Assembly (NCBI GenBank): GCA_002269645.1 | Contig: NIVC01000903.1 | Coordinates: forward strand, 210,459-274,458 | Origin: Macrostomum lignano | Lineage: Eukaryota | Length of the DNA: 64,000 nucleotides | Direction: 5' to 3' | Shown: positions 11,556-25,300 of the stretch, in pieces | Layout: each line of letters starts with the position of its first letter | Position numbering within the stretch: position 1 is the stretch's first letter | Position numbers and translations under genes: made by a program | Notes under the pieces: generated by a model | What the model saw: the letters and a program-made list of their open reading frames with translations, nothing else | Databases searched by the model: none | What the model was told of the DNA's origin: nothing

Positions 11556-12471
11556 GCAAAACTAGAAGATAGCCTAGAGGATAAATAAATTTATTTTTGG
11601 TTAAAGTGGTCTGTCACCATAGAAAAGGCCTGATGCCCTGAAACCCTGACAATGACAAATATGGCCTAGGCCTAACAATAACCAGTTAAGCCTAAATAAA
11701 ACATTTTGTATAAAACTTTAAAAACTATGTCTTTCGTTTTTAAGTTTTTATTCTTGTCTGTCTTTCTGCCGATAGGGTTGAACTTGAATCTTGGAAGTTA
11801 GTTCAACTAGGCCTAATGGCAATGCATTTAGGCCTACCTCAGATTTGAACTTTGACGTTCAGCAAAAGCCTTAAAGATATTTCGCACAAATAGCGTGGGC
11901 ATAATCTATATATAACGTAGAACATTTAGAAAAGAGAATCAATATCTTTTGTTATCTATTTGGGACTAGTCTAAGCTACCTAATACCTACGTCGTATGAC
12001 TTAGTATAGATATAAGAGTAAAGGCAAGGGCAAGTGCCGAGCTGCAAAAACGAAAGAGAAAGCTGTATTAGAATTATATTTACAGCACTTGACTGATGCC
12101 TGTTGTGATGAAGAATAATTTTTAAACGCTACAACTCGATAATTTTTATACAAATTTTGAATCCCTTAAAAACAATAAATTGGTCTTTATTTTCTGGAAA
12201 TTGAATCTTTGTTAAAATTTGCTAAAAGTTATTCGCCTTAACAAAGTAAAGTAAATGATTGTCCTTCTATAGAAAAATTAACTGGAAATGTTATTATGGA
12301 TGTGATTATAACTTTTTATAAGCTAATAACAATTTATACTGATTTTTCTCTTTGGCTCTATTGACTCTTACAATTTTGACCCCAGTTTAATTTGACAATA
12401 TAAAGTTGAAATATTAGGCACGCTGGCCCAGCATTCGTTCGGGCCTCATTTCGCCTTAAATGGATTTAGTG

Positions 12472-12625
12472 CAGTGGCGCAGCCGAGGACAAAGGGGCAC
12501 AGTTGCCCGCTGCCCTTCAAAATTAAAATTTTTTATCTTTACGTACTTTTAACACTTTTCCGTGCAATTTTTCTAATTATTCTTATTATATGCAGAACCA
12601 CGAGAAAATATTTACTGCGCCAGTG
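12472..12625. mobile_element. Small MITE-like remnant
   Basis: CAGTGGCGCAG ... CTGCGCCAGTG imperfect TIR (1 mismatch); no TSD seen. Confidence 0.35.
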
Positions 12626-13337
12626 AATAAATTAGTTTTAGTTTTAGTTGATTAGTTTTAAAATCTGTTTGATAAGTGAAATACATACATTTTTAAATTC
12701 CTGTGTTTATATACATCCTTTCATTCATTATGACGTAAATTATATTTTATTTCCAAGTAAAATGAGTTTCTACCTTACTCTTTCTACACACCGCTACACA
12801 TGATGCCGCTGCTATTTATGTCAGTAATTTCCTTAGTGAAGCAAAACAGCGTTTTATAATCGATATGTATATTTTTTGTTTACCTTATGATTTATTTAGG
12901 TTAACTTAACTACCATTAAATGGCATAATCCTTGAACTAGGACCTTTGCTAGATAACTATAACAATGTGTTTTTCGTCATATTTGATAAATTGGGTGTAT
13001 TAGAGCCCATGCAGTTTAGTTTGTAAATTAGACATTAAAACTATGTGTAAAAACTATGCAACTTGTGACTTTGACACCAATTCAAGTTCTGCCAATTTTA
13101 GTACTACCCGGTAGAGTTATGAATTTTAACAAAATGAAATATTTAAATGACATCAGCTTCTTCCCTACTGTGAATCTATGCACTGTATATTTTCTTTATG
13201 CAATAATATTTTATTCATATTATAGAAAAACCCACCACAAGTAAATATTTATAATACACTCTTCTACATTTACCACAATTTTATCATATAAACCAAATCA
13301 TACCATCCTGCTGGGTTAAATTATTTTTTCTGGCTCA

Positions 13338-16300
13338 ATGCTAGATGGCGGGGATATTAAAGCTGATGCTGGGAGCATACCCAGCATAACAGTGAGCAAT
13401 CCGGTGCTGCAGTCCGAGGCTGTCAACGCCGCAGCTTCTCGAACTCCGTTCCGATGGGAGGAGACCAGGCTGCCGCACATTGACTACGTGCTGGTCTACA
13501 AACGCGACGGAAATGAAAGAAACGAAAAACTCAGAGAAGCCTTTCTGGACGTGCTGAAAATCAAGCGGCCCGGCATCGACACGGAGGAATTTGAATATGA
13601 CGGGGAATTCGGGCAAAGTCTGGTTTTTCTTAAAGTCTACACACCTTTTCACGTTTTGGCCAAGGAAGCGGAACGATTAAAACTGGAGATGGCTCTCGAC
13701 AAGGTAAGTTTTTTCAATATTTTATTTGTTTTTTTTAACTTTATTGTAATTAAAAGTAACTGTTACAATTTTTAAGACGTGTTAATACATATGCAAGCAG
13801 GAGTCTCCAGCTGCCACTGTACTGTCTGACGAGGAAGAGGAAACTCAGTTCATCCGCTGGGTAGGCAGGCCCAGGCTTAGTAGAGAGCTGTCAATTCTGC
13901 TAGACGGAATTTATTAGTTTGACTAATTAGCCAATCATGCTTCGTTTCAGCACAGTAGAATACACAGGGCGCCAAGAGTTCCTCTCTGTGTCAGTGGGGC
14001 CAGTTTGTGTGTCAGGAGTTCCGCTCTGCGTCAGTGGGGCCAGTTAGTGTGTCAGGAGTTCCGCTCTGTGTCAGTGAGGCCAGTTTGTGTGTCAGGAGTT
14101 CCGCTCTGTGTCAGTGGGGCCAGTTTGTGTGTCAGGAGTTCCGCTCTGTGTCAGTGGGGCCAGTTTGTGTGTCAGGAGTTCCTCTCTGTGTCAGTGAGGC
14201 CAGTTTGTGTCAGTAGTTCCTCTCTGTGTCAGTGAGGCCAGTTTGTGTGTCAGGAGTTCCTCTCTGTGTCAGTGAGGCCAGTTTGTGTCAGTAGTTCCTC
14301 TCTGTGTCAGTGAGGCCAGTTTGTGTGTCAGGAGTTCCTCTCTGTGTCAGTGAGGCCAGTTTGTGTCAGTAGTTCCTCTCTGTGTCAGTGAGGCCAGTTT
14401 GTGTGTCAGGAGTTCCTCTCTGTGTCAGTGAGGCCAGTTTGTGTGTCAGGAGTTCCTCTCTGTGTCAGTGAGGCCAGTTTGTGTGTCAGGAGTTCCGCTC
14501 TGTGTCAGTGGGGCCAGTTTGTGTGTCAGGAGTTCCTCTCTGTGTCAGTGGGACCAATTTGTGTGTCAGGAGTTCCTCTCTGTGTCAGTGGGGCCAGTTT
14601 GTGTGTCAGGAGTTCCTCTCTGTGTCAGCGGGACCAGTTTGTGTGTCAAAAGCTCCTCTCTGTGTCAGTGAGGCCAGTTTGTGTGTCAGGAGTTCCTCTC
14701 TGTGTCAGTGAGGCCAGTTTGTGTGTCAGGAGTTCCTCTCTGTGTCAGTGAGGCCAATTTGTGTCAGAAGCTGAGCTTTAAGCATCAAGGATGTCAATTT
14801 TTGTTGTCACTGGAAACAGAAGTCTCATCAGTCGTAATACAGTATTTATATTTTGTACCATCCTCCAGTCACTCTCCAGTACTCTGTACGCACAGAACGT
14901 ACCTTCTTTTAAATTATCGCGCGTCTATTTTTGTTTAATATTGTGTGCCTTTTCTTTCAAAATCTCTCTGAACAGTCGATTTCACCGTTGGAGAGTTTCA
15001 ATCTTTCTAAGAAAATCGGCCAGTGCCTGGGCCTTATCGAGGACGATGAACGTGAGTTCAGGAGTTTGCAGATAGAGTTTTTGCACGAGATTGATTCAAT
15101 AAATTGAAAACTCAAAACTAATTATTCATAGCGGACTACATCAGCGGGCCATTCACGCGAAATCGGCTGCACCTGTTCAAGGGACACGAGAACACTGAGA
15201 CGTTCTTCCGGCCGGCTCTGAGATCGTACTTGGTGAGCTGGACTTCATTTCAGCTACTTGTAATATCCTGCTTTTAATACTCGCGACATCGAAGCTAAGA
15301 TAGATTGGTCTCTTGCAGACCTACAATATCCTGATCAACGCTGATATTGGCTCCAATGTGCCGGATGTGGATAAAGACGTTTCTAAGACTGGTGAGTTCA
15401 ATATCAAAGCATGTAGATCAAAGCACAGCGGGAGATGGCGGCACATTAAAGTACAACAGGGGATGGCGGCACATCAAAGCACAGAAGGGGATGGCGGCAC
15501 ATCAAAGCACAGCAGGGGATGGCGGCACATCAAAGCACAGCAGGGGATGGCGGCACATCAAAGCACAGCAGGGGATGGCGGCACATCAAAGCACAGCAGG
15601 GGATGGCGGCACATCAAAGCACAGCAGGGGATGGCGGCACATCAAAGCACAGCAGGGGATGGCGGCACATCAAAGCACAGCAGGGGATGGCGGCACATCA
15701 AAGCACAACAGGGGATGGCGGCACATCAAAGCACAGCAGGGGATGGCGGCACATCAAAGTACAACAGGGGATGGCGGCACATCAAAGCACAGCAGGGGAT
15801 GGCGGCACATCAAAGCACAACAGGGGATGGCGGCACATCAAAGCACAACAGGGGATGGCGGCACATCAAAGCACAGCAGGGGATGGCGGCACATCAAAGC
15901 ACAGCAGGGGATGGCGGCACATCAAAGCACAGCAGGGGATGGCGGCACATCAAAGCACAACAGGGGATGGCGGCACATCAAAGTACAACAGGGGATGGCG
16001 GCACATCAAAGCACAGCAGGGGATGGCGGCACATCAAAGCACAACAGGGGATGGCGGCACATCAAAGCACAACAGGGGATGGCGGCACATCAAAGCACAG
16101 CAGGGGATGGCGGCACATCAAAGCACAGCAGGGGATGGCGGCATATCAAAGCACAGCAGGGGATGGCGGCACATCAAAGCACAGCAGGGGATGGCGGCAC
16201 ATCAAAGCACAACAGGGGATGGCGGCACATCAAAGCACAGCAGGGGATGGCGGCACATCAAAGTACAACAGGGGATGGCGGCACATCAAAGCACAGCAGG

Positions 16301-19300
16301 GGATGGCGGCACATCAAAGCACAACAGGGGATCGGATGGCGGCACATCAAAGCACAACAGGGGATCGGATGGCGGCACATCAAAGCACAACAGGGGATCG
16401 GATGGCGGCACATCAAAGCACAACAGGGGATCGGATGGCGGCACATCAAAGCACAACAGGGGATCGGATGGCGGCACATCAAAGCACAACAGGGGATCGG
16501 ATGGCGGCACATCAAAGCACAACAGGGGATCGGATGGCGGCACATTAAAGCACAACAGGGGATCGGATGGCGGCACATCAAAGTGCAACCCTTGGTGGTA
16601 CATCAAAGTGCAACCCTTGGTGGTACATCAAAGTGCGAGGTAATCTTCTACCAAAGTCATCCGCCCTCTCTCCCGTCGCTACGGCAACGCAGCCCTGCCA
16701 AAGCTGTTGCACCGGGGCGCCTTCATAGACGCGTTCATTCTGCACGACCCGTCAGCCGACGACCCCTGGGTCTCCAGTCTCAAAGCCGCTTGGTTCAAGC
16801 GCCATCCGGACGACTTAGAAACATCAACGGCTAATCTGCCGAATCTAACAACGTTAAGGCGAGCCTCAACCCCGGTTGCCAGGCTGTTGAAATCAGTTCG
16901 GCGAATCGGCGAGTGCCGGTTCGATTACAGCTACGAGCCTGACGAGCGCAGACGACTCGGCCAGGTATGGAGCAGCCTGGTGAAGTACCAGCCATTGGAC
17001 AGGGTGCGGAACTACTTTGGAGAAAAGGTCGCCTTCTATTTTGCCTGGTCGGGTCACATGATCAGCATGCTGTGGGCTCCCATGCTGATTGGTCTGGCAA
17101 TCTTTTTGTACGGGCTGGCGCTCAGGTAAGCTGAATCTTGTTGACACCTGGAATGTAGGGTCACGATCGAATAGTGCCAAATACCTAAGCCGTTTAATAT
17201 TTTATAAAATATTAAATTTTCAGTATCGAAAGGCACATAATCAACGGTGGGACGTCTCCAGCCTCAAAGAATAGAACTGCTGATGCAGTTGAACAGTAAG
17301 TTAGTTCCATTTCCCAGGCCTGTGCACGGCTTGTAAAGTGCTGGCACTGTTGGGGTCGCACTGCCACTCAATCGCAGCGGAAGTGAACCCTAACCGCCTC
17401 TAACCCAACCGAGACACATTGAGACTAGCAAATGTAATAAAACCACGGCAACCAGTCTAGCGAGGGTAATAAACCCGCACACAGGGAGACTAGCAAATGT
17501 AATAAAACCACGGCAACCAGTCTAGCGAGGGTAATAAACCCCCACACAGGGAGACTAGCAAATGTAATAAAACCACGGCAACCAGTCTAGCGAGGGTAAT
17601 AAACCCGCACACAGGGAGACTAGCAAATGTAATAAAACCACGGCAACCAGTCTAGCGAGGGTAATAAACCCCCACACAGGGAGACTAGCAAATGTAATAA
17701 AACCACGGCAACCAGTCTAGCGAGGGTAATAAACCCGCACACAGGGAGACTAGCAAATGTAATAAAACCACGGCAACCAGTCTAGCGAGGGTAATAAACC
17801 CCACACAGGGAGACTAGCAAATGTAATAAAACCACGGCAACCAGTCTAGCGAGGGTAATAAACCCCACACAGTGAGACTAGCAAATGTAATAAAACCATG
17901 GCAACCAGTCTAGCGAGGGTAATAAACCCCACACAGTGAGACTAGCAAATGTAATAAAACCATGGCAATCAGTCTAGCGAGGGTAATAAACCCCCACACA
18001 GGGAGACTAGCAAATGTAATAAAACCACGGCAACCAGTCTAGCGAGGGTAATAAACCAGACACAGGGAGACTAGCAAATGTAATAAAACCACGGCAACCA
18101 GTCCAGCGAGGGTAATAAACCCCACACAGTGAGACTAGCAAATGTAATAAAACCATGGCAATCAGTCTAGCGAGGGTAATAAACCCCCACACAGGGAGAC
18201 TAGCAAATGTAATAAAACCACGGCAACCAGTCTAGCGAGGGTAATAAACCAGACACAGGGAGACTAGCAAATGTAATAAAACCAGGACAATCAGTCCAGC
18301 GAGGGTAATAAACCAGACACAGTGAGACTAGCAAATGTAATAAAACCAGGACAACCAGTCTAGCGAGGGTAATAAACCCGCCATTGCAAAACCGCCACTC
18401 ACCTTATATCCTGAAATCGCAGAATGATGGCCCTAGTAGACGACATGCTTGCCACAGTGAAAGAGGCATTCGACAACCTGTTAACTCCCATATTTGCCAT
18501 CATTATCTGCCTGTGGGGCACTCTGCACACGGAGATGTGGAAGCGCTACAGAGCCACCCTGGCCTACGAATGGGACGTGAACAATTATAAGCACGCCGAG
18601 CCTGACAGGCCGGAGTTTGTTGGAACCATGGAGAGACCGGTAATTCTGTCGTTTCACACTTGATCTCAATTCTAATTGAGTAGTGTTCGCCAATATATAT
18701 TAAACTCATGGCAAAATGATCTTCGCAGGATCCAATTACTGGCAAGAGCGACTCCTACTACCCTGGCCACTATCAAGCCATGAAATTTGTCACCTCATTT
18801 ATCATCCTGCTGCTGATGGTGCGTTCGCTTGCTTTGAAACAGTGTAGCTCTAATCATAGCTCTAGTTTCAATTGGTAGCTATAGTAGTGGCTCTAGTAAA
18901 AGCTCTAGTAGTGGTTCTAGCAGAAGCTCTAGTAGTTGGTTGCCCTAGTAGTGCCTGTAGTAGTGGCTCTAGTAGTAGCTCCAGTAGTGCCTGTAGTAGT
19001 GGCTCTAGTAGTAGCTCTATTAGTGCCTGTAGTAGTGGCTCTAGTAGTAGCTCGAGTAGTGCCTGTAGTAGTGGCTCTAGTAGTAGCTCTAGTAGTGCCT
19101 GTAGTAGTGGCTCTAGTAGTAGCTCTATTAGTGCCTGTAGTAGTGGCTCTAGTAGAAGCTCTAGTAGTGGCTCTAGTAGTGGCTCTAGTAGTGGCTCTAG
19201 GCCCCAATAATAGCTCTAGATTATGGTAGCGGCTCTTCACAACGCAGCCAATGCCGGATGCAGACTAGAGTGCACCCCTTCCACCCGCTGCAGATCTGCG

Positions 19301-22300
19301 TAGTGTTCATCGGCGTTGCCGCAGTTATCGTCTATAGAATCTTTGTGACCATTCGCGTCTGCCCGAACGTCACCAGCTCCAGCTGCCTGCTACTGAATGC
19401 AGTCGTCAGCTCCCTGCTAAACGCCGTCTTCATTATCGTGATCGGAAAGGTGGGCGCCTTGGTAACTGAGCTGAATTCGGATTTGCTTAATACATTAATC
19501 CGTGTGCATTGGCTAGATTAGCAATCCATTCTATTCCTTAATTCTGAAGTCCGGACTAGTCTTAATCAATCAATTCCCACCGTATTTACAAGGCAGAGCC
19601 CATCCGAACAAAAGTGCAAATACGTGGGCCATAATGACTTCCACACAGAACTAAATGCCATCAGCTCACAGTCCCTATTCAGATTGACTGTCAAAGCTCT
19701 CTGTAATCATTCTTATCCCCTCACCCGATTATTACCTTTGCAGGTGTACAACAATATTGCGTACGCCTTAACTAACTGGGGTAAGTGGGGCGAATGTTTG
19801 CTCAGGGAAGAATTCCCAACCTGCGCAGTGCAGGTGCAGGCAAGCATTCAGTCAGTTAATTTCCACCAGCTGACTCAGATTATTGCCAATGCCCGCAGAG
19901 AACCACCGCACGCAGAGCGACTATGACAATGCCCTCATTCTGAAGCTGTTCGCCTTTGAGTTTGCCAACTCCTACAGTTCGCTGTTCTACATTGCCTTCT
20001 TTAGAGACGTAAGAAGACTTTAGAAATCGATCGATGGAGGTTGAGTCAATATTAAAAATACAAAATGCCTATTTTTAAAGCCGTTTTATATGAAGTATCA
20101 TCGCCAGTAGCTTTGCTTTTTGCTCAAGACAATGTACAGTTGGTTCAGACCCATTTTAAAACTGATTTAACCAGGGGCAGAGCAAAAACGGCTCTGATTC
20201 AGGCACCACAAAACCTCTGGTTCGTTTCCATGTGCGGCCACTTTCATTTGGCCTGTGAGTTGTCTTTGCATTTCACATCCGTGAAGACCAACCCCCAAGG
20301 CACAGAGACTGTACATGCCATGTACATAAACAACGGGGGTTGTAGCCTAGTGTTCAGAGCGTCGGACTCACGACTGGAAGGTCGGGGGTTCGATTCTCGA
20401 CCCACTTGGAACAATTTGTGTCCTTAAGCAAGTCACTTAACTCTGCATTGCTTCAGTTCACCCAGCTGTAAAATGGGTGCCAGCATTAGCTGGGGTAATT
20501 TGAGGGTGTGTGTGGCGACCCCCCAGTCCTTGGACTGAACAGCCGTACGCAGCCTTCAGATGCGCAGCGCAATAGCTGCGGCTGAGCTGTCGGTTGCACA
20601 TCTGCCCATTGGGGCTGGTGTAATCACATTATTATTTTTTATAATTTTAAGTGCATATTGCAATCGCTAATCCAAGCACAGTTTTCAGCCCCTACCCGCC
20701 GCCTGATCCTTGCAGAAGAACATGTTCACACCGGAGAACGGCATCTTCAATTTGGGCAAAGAGTTTGTTGACACCTGCGGCTCCGACGGCAACTGCATGT
20801 CGATGCTGTCTCTGCAGGTGCTCATCCTGATGATTGCCAAGCCGATGCCGAAACTGTTCACGGATCACGGGCTGCCGTGAGTGCAGAAGGGATATAGTGC
20901 TGTTTCTTTGAAAATACATGTATAGAGTTCTTTTCTATAGGCAATTAGTTCTTAGAAATAATCTTAGAAATCTTTTTCTTATAAATCTTAGAAAATTTAC
21001 ATTGTTACATTTACTGTGTAACACTGTTTCTTGAAAAATTTACCATTGGTTCTTGGAAAGTGTAGCACTGTTTATCAGGAAGTATTATGCGGTTTCTTGG
21101 AACGTATAAGACTGTTTCTTGGGAAATTTATCATTGTTTCTTGCACTGTTTCTCAGGAAATATTATGCGGTTTCTTGGAACGTATAACACCGTTTCTTGG
21201 AAAATTTACCTGTCTTTCTTTGTAAGTCGATCACTGTTACTCAGGAAGTAATATGTGGTTTCTTGGAAAGTAAAACATTGTTTCTTTGTTCTGAAACTTT
21301 CTAATTGTTTCTTGGAAAATGTAGCACTATTTCTCAGGAAATATTATGCGGTTTCTTGGAAAGTATAACACTGTTTCTTGGAAATATTAGCTATGTTTCT
21401 TGGAAAACGTGTAGCACTGGTTTTAAGGAAGTATTATGCGGTTTCTTGGAAAGTGCAGTCCTTATTTCTTGCAAAGGGTAGTGCCATTTCTTGGAAAGTC
21501 GACAAGGGCCAGGCTTTTCTGCTAATTCTACGTAGTATTCGCGTATAAATCTCCAAAACTAAAAATTTTTTTTCGATATTACGATATTATGACAGACAGC
21601 TCTGAGCGCTACCCGAGCAGCCACAGTCCGGACACCTGTCCATCTCAGGTCAGGTCAGGCTCAGGTCTCATCTCAGGACACCTGTCCATCTCAGGTCAGG
21701 TCAGGCTCAGGTCTCATCTCAGGACACCTGTCCATCTCAGGTCAGGTCAGGCTCAGGTCTCATCTCAGGACACCTGTCCAGCACTGAAAATAAGAAACCA
21801 ATTATAATTGAAATGAAATAAAATGCAGCTCAAAGTCCAAACTATAGAGGGAAGAGAGGGACTGAGGACAGGGAGAGGTTTGAAGGGCTGCGTCTCCATG
21901 ACAACGAGTGAGACAAAGTTATGAGTATTTGCCAAAGCAAAGGCATACAGATGAGAGTTAAAAGGATTGAAGGATTTTCGATTAAACAATTTGCAATCCC
22001 GTGCAGTGCAGAATATGCCAGTGTTCAATGCTCCATCGCTAGCACTGCTAGTGCATATTTGTGTGACTCTTGCCTTAGTTAAAATCTGCCAGCTTGGAGA
22101 CTGCAACATCCATAGAAACTCACTGCATTACCCCTTTGATGGGGAAGTCGAAGTGGGAAAATGGCCTGGGATTTGGCCCTCGCTCAGGTGGGGAACTGTT
22201 TGCCCCTGATGCGGGTTAGTTGACAGAGTGATTCCTGTCGTGTGCACCTCAACAAGGCTCCGCTACTCGTACCTCTGTCCTGTGCAGTTCTCGGTCTGGT

Positions 22301-25300
22301 GTACTTTTTTTCTGAGCCGCTCTGGCTTATCACTTTCTGGCTAAATACCCAAAAAACTCCTGCGACATCTCAATTTTAAAAGTACAAGCGTAGTTGGACT
22401 CACGAATCGTTCAAATTTTAGTTTTTGTACTGCAAAATTCATTGGCGATAGATGGAGAGTTTTCTAGGGATCCACTAGAAGTTATCTACATATTTAAAGC
22501 TATGCTTTTATATTTAAACCTTGTAATGATTTACCAGACCAGGATTTCTAACTAATTTAATGATACAGACACATCGGTAACTTCTAGTGGTCCTTGTATC
22601 TCACATTCTGGACTTCTGAATTCTAAATAAAGCAAACATGTTTCGTTCGAGATGCGCTCACAAGTTTGTAAGACAGTCATAGACGGGGGGAGCATCACAA
22701 ACCCGAAATATCACAAACCCGAAATATCACAAACCCGAAATATCACAAACCCGAAATATCATAACTCCGAAAGTTCTAGCAATGTCCAACGCTATGTTGG
22801 TTTTCGGAGTTATGATATTTCGGGTTTGTGATATTTCGGGATTGGGATATTTCGGGTTTGTGATATTTCGGGTTTGTGATATTTCGGGTTTGTGATATTT
22901 CGGGTTTGTGATATTTCGGGTTTGTAATACTTCGGGTTTGTGATATTTCGGGTTTGTGATATTTCGGGTTTGTGATATTTCGGGTTTGTGATATTTCGGG
23001 TTTGTAATACTTCGGGTTTGTGATATTTTGGGTTTGTGATATTTCGGGTTTGTAATACTTCGGGTTTGTGATCTTTCGGGTTTGTGATCTTTCGGGTTTG
23101 TGATCTTTCGGGTTTGTGATCTTTCGGGTTTGTGATCTTTCGGGTTTGTGATATTTCGGGTTTGTGATATTTCGGGTTTGTGATCTTTCGGGTTTGTGAT
23201 CTTTCGGGTTTGTGATATTTTGGGTTTATTATGGGAAGTGATTTCGGAGTTGCGATTTTTCTGGTTTATGATGGCGACCCCCATGGACTACTAAGTCACT
23301 GACGCGTTCGCCCCATTTGGCCCATGACTGCAATTTCAATATAGAGAGCGAGTGTAAAGTCTCAATAAACATAAATTCCTACGTCATTTATATTCGCATA
23401 TTTTAATTATGACAAAAGTAACTGTTTCTGCTTCTGTTCTGAAACAAGGCTGTGTTATACTGTTGGCTTTGCAAAAAAAGACTCGAGTGTGGCGGCACGC
23501 GCGTGAGAATTCTGCAAGGGATTGGGATTCTGGCATAGCAACAAGCTGCAGAGCAACAGCGAACAGGTTTTGCTGCTCCTGGCTGGCGAGAACCGGTTGC
23601 CCGAGCTATTCTGAGAGCAGCTTTATCTCCTCTGTTTTCTTACTCAAGATTCTTTTGTACCTTCGGGTTTACTTGTGCATCGCTGATTGCCCGTGATGAA
23701 GCCAGTGAGGCTGTCTCTGGGCGCGACTGGGGCTGCAGAATTAATTATTGAGTATTTGAGTAAGCGAATGAGGTGAGTGAGCTTATGAGTGAGTTCATGA
23801 GTGACTTAATAAATGGGTTTATAAGCGAGTTTTATGAGTGAGTTTTATGAGTAAGTTCATGAGTTCATGAGTTCATGAGTGAGTTCATGAGTTCATGAGT
23901 GAGTTCATGAGTGAGTTCATGAGTTCATGAGTGAGTTCATGAGTTCATGAGTGAGTTCATGAGTGAGTTCATGAGTGAGTTCATGAGTGAGTTCATGAGT
24001 GAGTTCATGAGTTCATGAGTGAGTTCATGAGTGAGTTCATGAGTTCATGAGTGAGTTCATGAGTTCATGAGTGAGTTCATGAGTAAGTTCATGAGTTCAT
24101 GAGTTCATGAGTGAGTTCATGGGTTCATGAGTTCATGAGTGAGTTCATGAGTTCATGAGCTTATAAGTGAGTGAGTTCATGAGTGAGTTCATGAGTTCAT
24201 GAGTTCATGAGTGAGTTCATGAGTTCATGAGCTTATAAGTGAGTGAGTTTATGAGTGAGTTCATGAGTTCATGAGCTTATAAGTGAGTGAGTTTATGAGT
24301 GAGTTCATGAGTGAGTTTATGAGTGAGTTTATGAGTGAGTTTATGAGTGAGTTCATGAGTGAGTTCATGAGTGAGTTCATGAGTTCATGAGTTCATGAGT
24401 GAGTGAGCTCATGAGCTTATAAGTGAGTGAGTTTATGAGTGAGTTCATGAGTGAGTTCATGAGTGAGTTCATGAGTTCATGAGTTCATGAGTGAGTTCAT
24501 GAGTTCATGAGCTTATAAGTGAGTGAGTTTATGAGTGAGTTCATGAGTGAGTTTATGAGTGAGTTTATGAGTGAGTTCATGAGTGAGTTCATGAGTGAGT
24601 TCATGAGTGAGTTCATGAGTTCATGAGTTCATGAGTTCATGAGTTTATGAGTGAGTGAGCTCATGAGCTTATAAGTGAGTGAGTTTATGAGTGAGTTCAT
24701 GAGTGAGTTCATGAGTGAGTTCATGAGTTCATGAGTTCATGAGTGAGTTCATGAGTTCATGAGTTCATGAGTGAGTTCATGAGTTCATGAGTTCATGAGT
24801 TTATGAGTGAGTGAGCTCATGAGCTTAAAAGTGAGTGAGTTTATGAGCGATTTCATGAGTGAGTTTATGAGTGAGTTCATTAGTGACTTCATGAGTGAGT
24901 TCATGAGTTCATGAGTTCATGAGTGAGTTCATGAGTTCATGAGTTCATGAGTTTATGAGTGAGTGAGCTCATGAGCTTATAAGTGAGTGAGTTTATGAGC
25001 GAGTTCATGAGTGAGTTTATGAGTGAGTTCATGAGTGAGTTTATGAGTGAGTTCATTAGTGACTTCATGAGTGAGATCATGAGTGAGTTCATTAGTGAGT
25101 TCATGAGTGTGTGTCAGTAAGTTTATGAGTGAGTTTATGAGTGAGTTCATGAGTGAGTTCATGAGTTCATGCGTTTATGAGTGAGTGAGCTCATGAGCTT
25201 ATAAGTGAGTGAGTTTATTGTTGAGTTCATGAGTGAGTTCATGAGTTCATTAGTGAGTGAAAATGCAGCAACTTAATTAGAATCAAAACAGCCGCTTTCC

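Noticed and set aside
15313-16834. ORFs of 374-495 aa
   Set aside because: Repeat translations; only 15319-15391 and 16693 onward are anoctamin exons.
17420-18385. CRISPR-like appearance of 60-70-bp periodic arrays (also 6370, 29480, 35040)
   Set aside because: Spacers are not unique, there are no cas genes, and the context is eukaryotic intron or intergenic DNA.
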